The notes under the pieces were generated by a model. That model saw only the letters and a program-made list of their open reading frames with translations. It had not been told where the DNA came from and searched no databases. The translations under genes were made by a program, and so were the position numbers. A stretch of DNA of 64,000 nucleotides from Cyanophora paradoxa CCMP329 (Eukaryota > Plantae > Glaucophyta). Of this stretch, positions 47,557 to 59,029 are shown piece after piece. The stretch covers positions 1-64,000 of the forward strand of contig QPMI01000127.1 of NCBI GenBank assembly GCA_004431415.1. The letters run 5' to 3'. The number at the start of each line of letters is the position of its first letter. The first letter of the stretch is position 1.

Positions 47557-48783
47557 GTGGTGAACAACAGCAACCCGGCCGGCGGCATAATCTCGACATT
47601 ATGCCCGCCCGGCCGCCCCCCGGACGCATGTGGCCGCTGCGGGGGCGACCACTCCGAGTGTACATCGCCGGGCTGCCCCCCTGGGATGCTGCGAGATGCT
47701 TGCGGGCTATGCGGTGGTAGGGGCCTGTCCTGCACCGATCCAGGCTGCCTGCCGGGGGTCCGCAAAGACGACTGCGGCATTTGCGGGGGCGATGGCTCAT
47801 CCTGCCGCGACCCCGGATGCCTGATGGCGCACACGTACCGCAACGGGTGCGGGGAATGCACTCTGGAAGGGGCGACGCCGGGGGTCTGCCCCGCGACAGG
47901 GTGCCCCCCGGGACAGGACAAGAACAACAGGTGCTGGCAGTGCTGGTGGCAGGGCCAGGGGGATCCACCAGTGTGCGAGGACGGCTGTGAGCCGGGCTCC
48001 TACTGGTTCGAGACATGCCAGCAGTGCGTACGGTGGGGCGACCCCCTGCCCCCCCTGTGCGCATCGACCACGTGCCCTAGCGCCACCCAGCGGATCAATC
48101 GCTGCGGAATCTGCACGGAGGGGGGTGTAACGCCCTACGTCATCTGCCCCAACACAGGCTGCCGGCCGGGGGAGGATAAGCGGAATTCGTGCGGAGATTG
48201 TTTTCCCTCGGGGCAGCAGCCTGAGCGCTGCCTGAACGGCTGCCTGCCCTCGCAGCGCTGGGACCCTCGCTGCGAGGAGTGTGTCGATCGGGACGCGCCC
48301 CCCTCGGCCGCCTGCGTCCGCACGGGGTGCCCGCCCCCGGCCACAAACCGTCGCAACGTATGCGGAGACTGCGTCCCAGGTGGCTCCACCCCGATGGCCT
48401 GCCCCAGCACCGGGTGCCCGATCGGGGAGGACAGGAACAATGCATGCAGCGAGTGCTGGGAGCGTGGCAAAGAGAAGCCCGTGTGTGACAACGGGTGCCC
48501 CCCCTCGCGCCGGTTCCCCATCGCTGGCTGCCTCGACGGGACCACCTGCACAGATATCCCGGGGTACTGCGAGAACGGGTGCACCCCGGGGGAGGTCCGC
48601 CTTATCGGCTGCCTCGACCGCACGCGGTGCAGCATGACAGGCAGCTGCCGAAACGGCTGCGGCCCGGGGGAAGTCCCCATCCAGTGGTGCGTGGATGGGA
48701 CCGTCTGCACTTCGACAGGCCGGTGCCGCAACGGGTGCCTCCCTGGGCAGATTCGGGACCCCAATTTGGGCGTGTGTGTGTGA
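47557..48783 (+). CDS. Cys-rich repeat protein (5' end missing)
   Basis: D.CG.CGG, CP.TGCPPG.DKNN.C and NGC.PG repeats over about 400 aa. Confidence 0.8.
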   Translation: MVNNSNPAGGIISTLCPPGRPPDACGRCGGDHSECTSPGCPPGMLRDACGLCGGRGLSCTDPGCLPGVRKDDCGICGGDGSSCRDPGCLMAHTYRNGCGECTLEGATPGVCPATGCPPGQDKNNRCWQCWWQGQGDPPVCEDGCEPGSYWFETCQQCVRWGDPLPPLCASTTCPSATQRINRCGICTEGGVTPYVICPNTGCRPGEDKRNSCGDCFPSGQQPERCLNGCLPSQRWDPRCEECVDRDAPPSAACVRTGCPPPATNRRNVCGDCVPGGSTPMACPSTGCPIGEDRNNACSECWERGKEKPVCDNGCPPSRRFPIAGCLDGTTCTDIPGYCENGCTPGEVRLIGCLDRTRCSMTGSCRNGCGPGEVPIQWCVDGTVCTSTGRCRNGCLPGQIRDPNLGVCV

Positions 48784-50148
48784 GAAGAGGCCTAGGCATG
48801 CTGAAATTTTTCCGGGGTTTAACTGGAAAGACCCCAAAATTACCGCACAACAGATCTTTGGCTTTAACGCCCCAGGCTGTCCTCGCTGCCCCTACTCATC
48901 CCCCACATACAACTTCATTGAGAGCAATTGCAACTGTATCTGTATTCCCAACGCCCGGGAACCATCAGAAGTTACATCAGGAAATCCTTAGTGTGCTAAT
49001 GGAAGACTTGTGTGGCCATTGGAGCTTCAGCTAAGGCCAGGCCGCCCCTGCATGTAGTCCGCGTGGAGGAAACCAACCATACATCCAGCCCCGCCCGCCC
49101 CCCACCCCCCGCCTAGGCCTAGTGTCTGGGCAGTCTGGTGGCTTGTGTCTCGATCGCCAGCCCTCTCGGCTCAAGTACATACCGTACATCGGCTCAAGCC
49201 ATTCGGAAGCTTCATCGGGTCGGTAGAGATGAGGTTCAATTTCGACAGCACGTGCACGTGCACTACCCCGACCCTGAGCACACGGGCTTCTCCTGTCCCT
49301 TGGCCCAGCACTCGCGGCACCGGTTGTTCTTGTCCTGCCCTGGGGGGCACCCCGTCGAGATGCAGATCAGCCGCAGCGGCGCGTCGGCCCGGACGCACTC
49401 CATGCACCCCGGGTCCATCTTTGGTGCCGCCGAAGAGGATGTCGGCGACTTGGACGCCGGAACCATGGCTGAACCTCAACACGCTTGCCTACATCAACCG
49501 AGTTCTGGCCCGGCGCGGGGAGCTCCCGGTAGTCGCGGCCATGCAGCCCCCCCCCGTGCACGCTCCCTGGTCGCCCGTTTCCTCCTCTCCGCCGCCGCCT
49601 CCGTCGTGCGGGGCTGGCGGGCCGCCCGCCACGCCGTCCTCCGCATCCTAGCGGCCGTCCGCCGCCGCCGCCTCCGCCGCCGGCTCCCGGCGACGGGGGG
49701 CGTCATCCTCAGGTCGCCGGCCTGCTCGTTCAATACCGCAAGGAGGGCGGAGATCATCTGCTGCGGGTCGCAGCCCCCTCCAACGGGCACATTCCGCACG
49801 GAGCCGCCGGGTCCGTGGTAGGTCACGACGGGCTGGATCCGCCAGGGGTTGCCCGGCGCGGCCGGCCGGGCGCAGAGGCGCAGGACAGCGGCGCCCGGCC
49901 CCCCACGGCGCACAATGCCCTCCGCACAGGAGAACGGCAGGCACTGAGCCGCCCCGGCGAGGAGGGGGCCGCCGGCCCACGAAAGGGCGTGCAGGGCCCG
50001 CCGCGCGAAGAACGTCCACACGAGGGGCTCGTGGCGCCCGAAGAGCCACGACGAGGGTGGGCGAGGGTGCCGCTTTCCGCCGCCGCCGAGGATCACGCCC
50101 GCCAGCCCGGCCACGCCCCCGGTCCCGCCTGCCTTTGCGGCGGCCTCC

Positions 50149-50245
50149 TCGCGGCAGTAGTAGAGTCGGAACTGGGACTTGGATATCCACTGGTGGTTGG
50201 AGTCGCGGCAGTAGTAGAGTCGGAACAAGGACTTGGATATCCACT
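50149..50245. repeat. 54-bp tandem duplication (about 1.8 copies)
   Basis: tcgcggcagtagtagagtcggaac..ggacttggatatccact at 50149 and 50203; minus strand encodes WISKSxFRLYYCR. Confidence 0.85.
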
Positions 50246-50439
50246 CGCGGGCCGTGGTCTTGTTTATGTCGCTACGAGTACTAGACTAGCTATAGGTTCT
50301 CGTGCGCTGTATGGTACGCCGTCGGCCTGGTCGCCGCCATCATGATGCGGTCGGCCCACGTGTCGAGGAGGGGCCGGTCGTTGAAGACGTCGGGGCTCGC
50401 CCAGAGCGCCGGGGGCGGCATGCGGCGATCCGGGAGCCG

Positions 50440-51013
50440 CAGCCAGGCCTACGAGGAGGCGATGCTCGCCACCGTCCCGGGGGCGCGGCGCGGGACCATG
50501 AACTACACGACGGCCCGCGCCCTCCCGGGGGAGTTCGCCGTCCTGAGCGTCCGCCAGGTCTCGCTGCCGGGCGGGCGCGTCGTGAGCCTCGTCGCGGTGT
50601 TCCGCGCCGAGGGCGGGGCAGGGGCCGCCGGCGCGGGGGGGGACCTCCTGCGCCCCGTGTCCTCCCCGCAGAACGTCTTCGGGTCGCAGGCCTTCGCCCC
50701 CTGCCGCATGTGGCTGGGGCCGGCGGGGCCGCGGTGCATGCCGAGCGCCGTCCAGGCCCTCCGGTCGCGGGAGATCCTCCCCTACGCGGTGGTGCACGCG
50801 GACCGGGTGCTCGAGTTCGGGGCGAGGCTCTTCGGGATCCTCGAGGAGGGCGAGGAGAACGGGGTCGCGTGCGGGCTCGAGATGGTCGGGGGCGGGCTCG
50901 GGGCCGAGGTCGAGGAGTCCCTCCGCCCGTTCCGCGCCGCGGGGGCGCGCCTGCCGGCCTGGCACCCCGTGTACCAGCGGCAGCGGCCGGGCGGCGGTGG
51001 CGGCCGCGGGTAG
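50440..51013 (+). CDS. hypothetical protein fragment
   Basis: Natural reading frame with strong GC3 bias. Confidence 0.45.
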
Positions 51014-51085
51014 CCACGCGCCGGCCCCGCCCCCCACCCCCCAGTGTTCATTTTTTTTTCATCCGAATCTCCTAAACTGCGGCGA

Positions 51086-51586
51086 ATGGCCGATGACCCG
51101 AAGCGACCAGGGGGGGGAAGGAGGGCAACCAGGTCCATGACCGCCGGGGCCGCGGCGGCACGGGAGCGCTGGGAGCGTGCGGTCAGGTTCTATAAGGCGA
51201 GCAAGGCGCGGGAGCAGGCGCGTTTTCTTGAGCACTGGAAAGGCCGGGCCCGCAACCTCTCGGAGCTTCGAACGGCGTTTCAACCGAATGCCCCCGTCAA
51301 GGTGGACGATGGCACCCTCAGGTTCGAGGGCGGGGCCGCCGAGTTCACCCTCGGACGGGGCACCACGGTGCGGATGAAGGGGCGGTCGGGCCCGCTGTTC
51401 AAGTATGCACCCGCGCCGGCTGACTTGAGAAAGGAGCACAAAGTGTCGACGGTCTTGAGCACCCATGCGCCCCCTGGTGGCATTCGCAGCACTGTGGTCG
51501 ACTGCTTCATGGAGGCACAGGGGCCGCGCAGGAGGTGCGTGTTCGAGAAGGGGCGGTGCATCTCCGCGCAGGATGCGCTCGCCGAC
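51086..51586 (+). pseudogene. putative kinase N-lobe fragment
   Basis: TLGRG..., LFK, KEHKV, CVFEKG resemble the Gly loop, Lys, helix-C Glu and hinge; joins 8065 in frame. Confidence 0.45.
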
Positions 51587-53684
51587 ACGGGCACGGACGC
51601 GTCGGCGGCGCTCGCCGCCTTGGGGATGACCGTGGATGAGTGCTTTGGCGACCCCCATGAGTCCTGCTGCGACAAGTTGAGGAGCCTCGGGCTGTGGCAG
51701 GAGCGCCGGATGACGGGCGTCACGGACCCCTCGGCCCAGCGGTTCGTGACCCCCACGGACTCATTCTTCGGGCCCCCGCCCCCGGGGGCCGAGCCGAACT
51801 TCAACCACATGTGGCGGGCCTGGCACTGGGCAATCAAGCGGCTCGAGATCGACCAGAACAGGCGGGGCAGGGCGGGGGGGGCCAGCGAGGAGGATGCGGT
51901 CGTGGCTTTGTTGCGGGGGGTTATACGCTCTGGATAGGTACCTCCGGGCCCCTTCCCATTCCATCAGGCTTTGAGAGCCACGAAAGATCATGATGCTAGA
52001 GGGGTGCTCCTGGACCGCTTTCATCACGTGCTGCAGAATCCAGTCCAGCGCCGCCGCCGCAGTCGGCGGCGGCGGCGTGGGACCCGCATTCGCACCGCCT
52101 AAGGGCCGGAAGCCGGCCTGAACAGTCGGGGTCTGGCGACCCGCGACCGGGGTCGCCGCCGCGGCCACCGCCGACGCCGGCGGGACCGAGGCTGGGCGGG
52201 AGCCGGGAGTCCGGCGGCCGCCGCCGGCCAAAAGCCCCGGCCCGATCCGGGGCCGGGCGCCGGCACCGGCATGGCGACAGGGACAGCGCCGAAGCCGGCG
52301 GTGGCGGTGCCGGCCATGTCGACGAGGTCCGCGGCAATGCCCACGAGCTCGACGGTCACGCGGTCGAGGGACATGCGGGACGGGCCGCGGAGGAGGGCGA
52401 CGACCAGGGGGTTGCACAGCAGCGCCGCCACGCACGTCTGCGCCGTCGAGTTCGACCCCGCCTCGTCGCTCCTCGTCGTCTCGGGCGTCGAGGCGGTGGA
52501 CGCCCGGTCCTGCCTCGTGGCGCGCTACGACGGCATCGGCGCCCAGTCGCGGGGCCGCGGGCCTGCCCTCCTGCCGCGGCCCGCCGCCCTGCGGAGGGAG
52601 GAGCGCTGGCAGAACGATGCACAGGGCGGCGGCGGCGCCGGCGTCGCCGAGGAGACAATCGCCGCTGGCCTCTCGGAGCTGATCGACCGGATCGCGCGAA
52701 AGAGGCAGCTGGGCAGGGCGCGGGTCGCGCACGACCTGGTCCGCGCCGTCCTCTGCCTCGACCGGGGCTCTGCCCCGGGTCCGGAGCCCCAAGGAGGTGC
52801 TGCGGTCCGCGGCCGCCGAGGCGGCCTCGGCGGCGGACCGGCGGCGCCGCAGCGTGCGCTGGTTCGGCGCGCCGCCGCCGAGGCCCCTTCAGCGGGTCCT
52901 GGCCCACCACGGGATCGCCACGACGCTCATCCCCTAGTCGCCCCACCACGACGCCGCCTGCTGCTGCTTGAAGTCAAAGAACCCACGATGACCCGGCTTT
53001 GTGTGTCCCGGAATTCTCCCCTCCCGGCCGGGGAGGGGCTTCCCGGCTTTCACGGCAGCCGAGCACTGGCACTGCAAGACCGTCTACTGCGGCGGAGGCG
53101 GCGGTACGTTCGGCTCGGCCCGGAGCGGCAGCAACCCGTTCGACGACCCGTTCTTCCGGCAGGACCAGGGGGGCCGGTAGCTAGCTAGCTGAAGAAGGCG
53201 TACCGCCCGAGCTCGGCCGGCTCTGGCGCTGGGTCTTGGGCCCCTCCTCGTGCGGGCCGGCGGGGCGCGAGGCCCTCCGCCGCGGCATCACCGCCTCGAT
53301 CAAGGCCCGCTGCGTCTGCTCCGACGGCGACCCGATCGGGCTCGAGCCCTGGCGGGGGGGGGGCGGCGGAGGGCGGGGCCGAGGCGCACCGTCAGGAGCG
53401 GGCACTGCTCCTGGATCTCCTCCGGCAGTTGCCGTCGCCGTGGCCTGCGATGCCTGCGAGCTGCGTGCGTGCCGCGCCGCGCCGGGCTCCCCGTACTACG
53501 TCTACCCCATCCCGGGCGAGTCCTGGCACTCCTGGGACACCCGCGCTGCCAACTACGTCATGTGCCGCCCGGGGCTGGTCATCGCCGCCGGGGGGGCGGC
53601 GGTCGCCCTCCTCGTGGCGTCCCTCCTCCTCCTCGCCCACTTTTTGTCTGCGCCACAGAGGCGTAAGTGAGCCCCGCCTCCGCC

Positions 53685-53909
53685 ATGTCCTCCGACAACA
53701 CCTTCCCCGTCATCCGAGGGTCCGCTCTGATCGAGGCGCTCGTCCTCGGGATTGCCGTATTCGGAGTCGCCTACATGCTGAAGAAGATGTCGCTCTGGGA
53801 CACCGTGAAGCGCCTCATCGCAGTCGGCATCGGGATCGAGCAGTCCCTCCCGGGTCCGGGTGCGGCAGGCGGGTCCGGCGCCGCCCCCCGCGGGTGGAAC
53901 CTCGCCTGA
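53685..53909 (+). CDS. small membrane protein
   Basis: MSSDNTF...LIEALVLGIAVFGVAYML; stop followed by T-tract. Confidence 0.5.
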   Translation: MSSDNTFPVIRGSALIEALVLGIAVFGVAYMLKKMSLWDTVKRLIAVGIGIEQSLPGPGAAGGSGAAPRGWNLA

Positions 53910-53960
53910 CATTTTTTTTCCTCCCCTGTAGCTACACACAGCCCGACGCGCCAGCTGCAG

Positions 53961-54705
53961 ATGCCGTCCACTTCCACGAAGAAGTCGAAGCGCGCGGCCG
54001 CGTGCCGCGTCAAGCCGACCAGCCACCCGTGCCGTCGCGAGAAGCCTGCGTGCGGCGGCGCGGCCGGCGACCCGAACTTCACGCGCGAGAAGATCCGGGA
54101 GTTGAGGTGGCCGCAGAAGGAGAAGGTCATCGGGCAGCTCTACAAGGACATCCAGCAGTACGGCGGGCGGGTCAATGACGCGCAATGCCTGCCCCCCATC
54201 CACGGGTTCCGCCCCACCGTCGTCCAGTCGATGAACCTGCTCGCCCGGGCGCAGACGTTCCTGAGCAACATCATGGCGTTCGCGGCCAAGGCGAACCGGG
54301 GCGTGTACGAGGCCGCGGTCGACGAAACGCACATCAACGCCTCGCTTGCGTTCCTCCTCCGCACCAAGGAGTGCCTGCCGGAACCGTTCAACAAGCCGGC
54401 GTGCAGGCTCCAGGCCGAGTCCGCCGCGGCCCTGCTCGAGGGCGCGACGAAGAACTTCACCCCCCCGCCTGTCCGGGCGCCATTCATTGGCGAGAAGGAG
54501 GTCCTCAAGTTCCTCCCGAAGCTCGAAGTCGCCACAGCTCAGCAGGCGACCGCGCTCGGGAAGCAGGCCGTGGAGGCCTTGGGCGAGCTCTTCAACTTTG
54601 ACCCCGTCTTCCAGGTGCTGGTGGACTCCCAGGGGCGCGGGGACTCGGCCGCCCGCAAGCTCGAGGACATCTTCAACGACATCGTCTTCTACGGGGCGTG
54701 CCGGC
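53961..54705 (+). CDS. hypothetical helical protein with basic N-terminus
   Basis: Long GC3-biased frame. Confidence 0.55.
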
Positions 54706-54708
54706 GGC

Positions 54709-55300
54709 ATGCCGACCAAGAAGAAGAAAGCCGGCGGCCCCGCTGACGACTCGTGCCGGGGCGACGTCGATCCCTCCCTCGCCGACCTCCTTGAGCGCAA
54801 CGAGGTGCTCCGGAAGGCCTCGGAGGACGCCCGTGCAGCCGCGGGGACCAGCTGTGGCCTCGCGAAAAGCAAGGTGCGGGTCAAGCACGCCAACGCGAGC
54901 TTCGAGGCGCCCGTCGTGCTCGACGCCATCAAGAATGCGGCGATCATGGTGTCCGGGGCGGTGAGCATCTGCATGGCCAGCGCCAAGCGCACGGGGGGGG
55001 AGGCACCTGTCGCGAGCGACGTCTCGGACCTGCTCGCGGACCTCGCCAGAGAGGGGCTGAAGCTCTCGGGGGGGCCCGAGGCGAAGAGCAAGCTCCTCCC
55101 CAAGGCGCCCTTCCACGGGGGGTTCAAGAGCGACGAGGCATTCCGGGCCTTCCGCCAGGGCGTCACGCACGCCGGGAACGTCTCCCTGGGCGCGGACACG
55201 GAGACGCGGAACCTCGCGCTGAGAGTCGTCGACGCGGTGTTACGGGACGCGCAACAGAAAAGCCGGCACAACAAGAGGCAGCGGGAGGAGCCCGTGTCGC
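54709..55300 (+). CDS. hypothetical protein with basic N-terminus (MPTKKKK)
   Basis: Long GC3-biased frame starting immediately after the previous one. Confidence 0.5.
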
Positions 55301-55519
55301 CGCCCCCCCCTGCCCTCCCTGCCCCGAACTGGCGGCCCCTGCCCCGTGGTCAGGATCCGCTGGTATATAGGCCGAGAAGGGCGGGCATTGAGGGGATGTC
55401 AGGCCCCCGTCTCACGTACGAAGAGACGAAAGGCCTGTGGTACGACGGGACGGACTGGGTTCCGCGCTGATCGCCATGATACCTTATTCATTTCACACAT
55501 TACACGCCTAGCTGCTGCT

Positions 55520-55835
55520 GCTGCTGCACACCGCCCACGCTCCTCTTGGCGAGGTACACGGGGATGCGGGACTTGGCGTCGGCCATGAAGTGCACCGTGA
55601 ACGTGTGAGGCGGTGGGTCGCTCCCCGTGAAGTTCAAGAAGCGGTCCTCGAAGATGCAGATCCCAGCGCGGTGCCGCGGGAGGACGCGCTTGCAGAAGGC
55701 CCCCTGCTCGTAGGCCGGCCCAGCCCAGCTGCAGTCGGGGGTCCCCGGCGACCCGGCGCACGCCCACTTTCCGGCCGCACCCTCTCGCCAGGCGGCGGGG
55801 TCGTAGCACGACATCCAGAAGCGGACGATCTGCCT
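55520..55835 (-). pseudogene. GT34-like glycosyltransferase C-terminal fragment
   Basis: FWMSCY...W...CSWAGPAYEQGAF...LN...VHFM (EQ.A and HF motifs). Confidence 0.5.
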
Positions 55836-55954
55836 CCCCGTGGACCCCGAGTCCATTCGCCGGGACCTCCGTGACCTCCAGCAGCGCGCCATCCAGCGGT
55901 GCCTGGAGGCCAGCGTCCTCGTGGTCCGCGCGGGGCCCCTGGAGGACATGGGGG

Positions 55955-56130
55955 CCGCCGTCGACGACGCCCCGAGCCCGGACCGTCGGCTCTTCATCAC
56001 GCACGCGCACACGGACCACGTGCGGGCCGCGGGGCCGCGGGCCAGGGCGGCGCTCGCCGCCGCCTGCCCCCACTGCACGGAGGCCACCGCCCGCCTCCTC
56101 GGGCTGAGGGCGTACGTCCGGCTCGAGGCC
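55955..56130 (+). pseudogene. metallo-beta-lactamase-fold nuclease (SNM1/Artemis-like) fragment
   Basis: LFITHAHTDHV...HCTEATARLL. Confidence 0.7.
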
Positions 56131-57239
56131 GGCGGCGACACGCCCTCGGTCTTCCGGGGGAGCGCGGGGGTGCCCTTCCTCGCCGCCCAGTTTTGCTCCT
56201 TCCTCTGCGGCGGCCCCGTGTCGGCGGAGCCCGGGGGCCTGGCCACCGGGGCCCGGGCCTTCCAGGACCTCTGCAGCCTCGTCAAGATCCGCATCCCCCA
56301 CGCACGGCACCGGCAGTACGGCCCGCTGGTCGACATGGGCGGCCTCGTCACCCTCGCGCGACTCTCCGGCACGGCGCGGGCCCTGGCGATGCAGGGGGAG
56401 CTGGCTCTCCAGGACCAGGCCGGTGGGGCCGCCGAACTCCAGGGCCTCGGCCTCCTGCAGGGCCACCCGCGTGGGCACGGGCGCGGAGGTGCCGGTGCTG
56501 ACACCGTCGTCCCCGTCCGCCTTCCACTGCATCGCGCCGGCGACCCCGAGCGCGAGGCGCTCCCCCCCGAGGCCGGCGCGGATGATGACCGCCCCGTGCC
56601 CGCCGGCCTCGATGCGCGAGACGACCTCCTCGATCGACGCCAGGGTCGTGGGCGTGGGGGGAAGTCGAGCTTCATCTTACACAACGGCAACTTTCTGGAG
56701 TTCGTTTCGCACGCCTCCTCGCCATCACGGCGATCGCCGAGGAGATGCAGCGGGCCGGCGCGGACCCGGACGCGTTCGCGGCGGCACTGGGGTACAGGTA
56801 CACCGGCGGCACGCTCGGCCTCGCGCTGGGCCTCCTGGGCGGCGCGGGCCGCTGCAGAAGGCTACACGCGGCGAAACCGGTTCAAGTTCACAGCGAGCTC
56901 CAACAGTTCCGACCTGGCCCCCCCGGGCTCCCCCGGGCCCCCCCGGGCTCCCCCGGCCCCCCCGGGCTCCCCCTACCCCCCCCCGGGCTCCCCCCGGCCC
57001 CCCACGCTCCCCCTGCCCCGCGGCTCTCCCCCGGCCCCGCGCGCCCCGCCGCCGCCGTGCTGTGCGGGGACCGGGTATGCTGTTTTGCCGCGAGGGGGGC
57101 TGGACTTTGCAGTGTGGCCTCGTGCGGGGAGCAGATGCAAAAAAGCGGAGGAGCTTGGGGTGGGAATGGGCCCGGATAGAGAGTCCAGGGGGGGGGGCCT
57201 CCGGCCAGGTCTCCCCCCCTGCAGCAGCCGGCCGGCTTC

Positions 57240-58582
57240 CCCTGGGGCTCAAGTCGGTTCTGAAGGTGACCGATGCTGAACTGAGAGTGCTGAAGGAGCG
57301 TGCACTCGCCGCCGAAGGTCGGTCTCCGCGCCCCCGCGCCCGCCAACTTGAGCCGCCGACACGCGCGCCGCGCCGAAACGCAGGCCAGGGCGCTGGGGCC
57401 AAGTTGTTCCAGGCGTTCAGCGCGTTCGAGAAGCTGAGCGCCTGCACGCCGGGGCGCCCGTACTACATCATCTGCGAGAAGCCGGAGGAGCCCCGCGACG
57501 GCTTGATTCTGCGGGTCCGGGTCATCCGGTTCAAGGAGGAGGAGCCCGACGATGATATCGTGGGCGACATCGCCAGTGAACCCATCGGTGCGCGTGCGCG
57601 CATGGCGAGGCCGCGCCCTGTGTCGACCCCGTGCCGCGCGCCGCCGCAGATGACACGCCCCCGGGCTTCGAGGAGGCCGTGAAGGAGGGGCGGTGGGCAA
57701 GTAGCGACAAAGAGCAAGTGCAGTTCAGGTTCACCGATATGAAGCACGTCCTCAACGAGGATGAGATCGACAGGGACTGCTACTTCTGTGGCGAGGGGAC
57801 CCGCAAGCACTGGTGCGCGTGCACCGCCGCCGCGCGGGCGCCGCGGCCTGAGACGGGGGCGGCGTGCACGCAGCATCACGTGCCATCTCCCGGCGTGCGA
57901 CGGTTGCAGCGGGCTCACGCTGAGGCTCAGCCTGGACCAGGACGGGGATTCTAGCCGCAGCAGCACGCCCGCCGAACTCTCAGCCTGCACGCTGGCTGCG
58001 TTCCGCCCGATGGGCTTCTTCGCGTGCGGCCGCGAGGGCGCTCCCGCCGCGCTCCGGCTCGGCAAGCTGGACCGCGAGGCCGGCGGGCTGGTGCGCTTGC
58101 CTTTCGATACGGGTCTACCGCCGGGCGCTCACCCCGGGGTCCGCCGGGCGTGCGCGCGCGCCAGGACTGCATCTTCTGCCGCCGCTTCCACTCCAACCTG
58201 GACGACGACCGCCGGCCCTTCCTCCCGCTCGTCATCTCGGGCTTCACCCGCGAGGGCATCGAGTCGCTGCCCACGCTTGGACGTGAGCCCGCCCCGCCCC
58301 CCTCCCCGCCCCCCGCCCCCCCGCCGGCCCGACACCCCGCTGCAGTCGCATTCGGCGCCTTCTGTGCCTACGAGGAACAGTGTTCACGGTTCCTCACTAC
58401 CAGTGCGCGTTCCAGTGGTGGGAGGTGCGCCCCCCCCCCTCCCTCCTCCTCCCGCGCCGGGGCGCTCGTTCGCTGGGCTAAGGCTGCGGCACGCGCCGAC
58501 GCAGGTACATAAGGTCTGTCCGGACCAGGAGGCTATGAACAACAGGTTCATCGGGTACATGTTCTCGTTCTGCCAGCGGCCG
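57240..58582 (+). CDS. intron-dense ADD/PHD-like zinc-finger gene fragment
   Basis: Introns 57318-57383, 57588-57649, 57813-57873, 58091-58164, 58283-58345, 58425-58504 and a donor at 58583; spliced CYFCGEGTRKHCITCHLPACDGC...DCIFC; one 1-nt deletion near 58374. Confidence 0.75.
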
Positions 58583-58633
58583 GTGCGCCCCGCCCCCGGC
58601 GCCGCGGTGGACGGCGGCGCCCGGGACTGGCAG

Positions 58634-59029
58634 GAGCGCATATCTGTGATGGAGAACATCGAGCGCAACGCCGGCATCATCCTGCGCAGGGCGCGGCAGA
58701 CGCTCCAGACGCTCACCGTCCGCGTCGACCGCATGGGGGCCGTGCTGCGAATGCCCGGGCTTTTGCCGCCCTTCGAGCTCGAGGTCTCCCGCTGGCTCAT
58801 GCTCGCCGGCGGTCACTTCCCCCTGCTCCGGGTGAGAGGCCGGCCCGGGGCGCGCGCGGCGGCGACTGACGCCCGCGCCCGGGCAGGAGATCGTGCTGGA
58901 CGGGGGGCGCATCAGCCGCCCTGCGGACACCCGGTTCCAGGTCTTCGGCCTCCGGGTCCACGCGCCGTCCCTGCGCGCCTTCCGGCTCCTCAACGCCTCC
59001 ATCGTGGCGGTGTCGGTCGAGGAAGCCAG
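58634..59029 (+). CDS. intron-containing LRR-like gene fragment
   Basis: LQTLTV, FPLLR|EIVL (intron 58832-58886 with ACTGAC branch point), APSLRAFRL; donor GTGAGA at 59030. Confidence 0.6.

Noticed and set aside
10360-51590. Restriction-ligation (Hi-C/Pore-C type) origin with one fixed junction motif
   Set aside because: The junctions examined share no common site (GGGGG, CGCGAG, GCCGAC, none); sequence-independent fragmentation protocols are not excluded.
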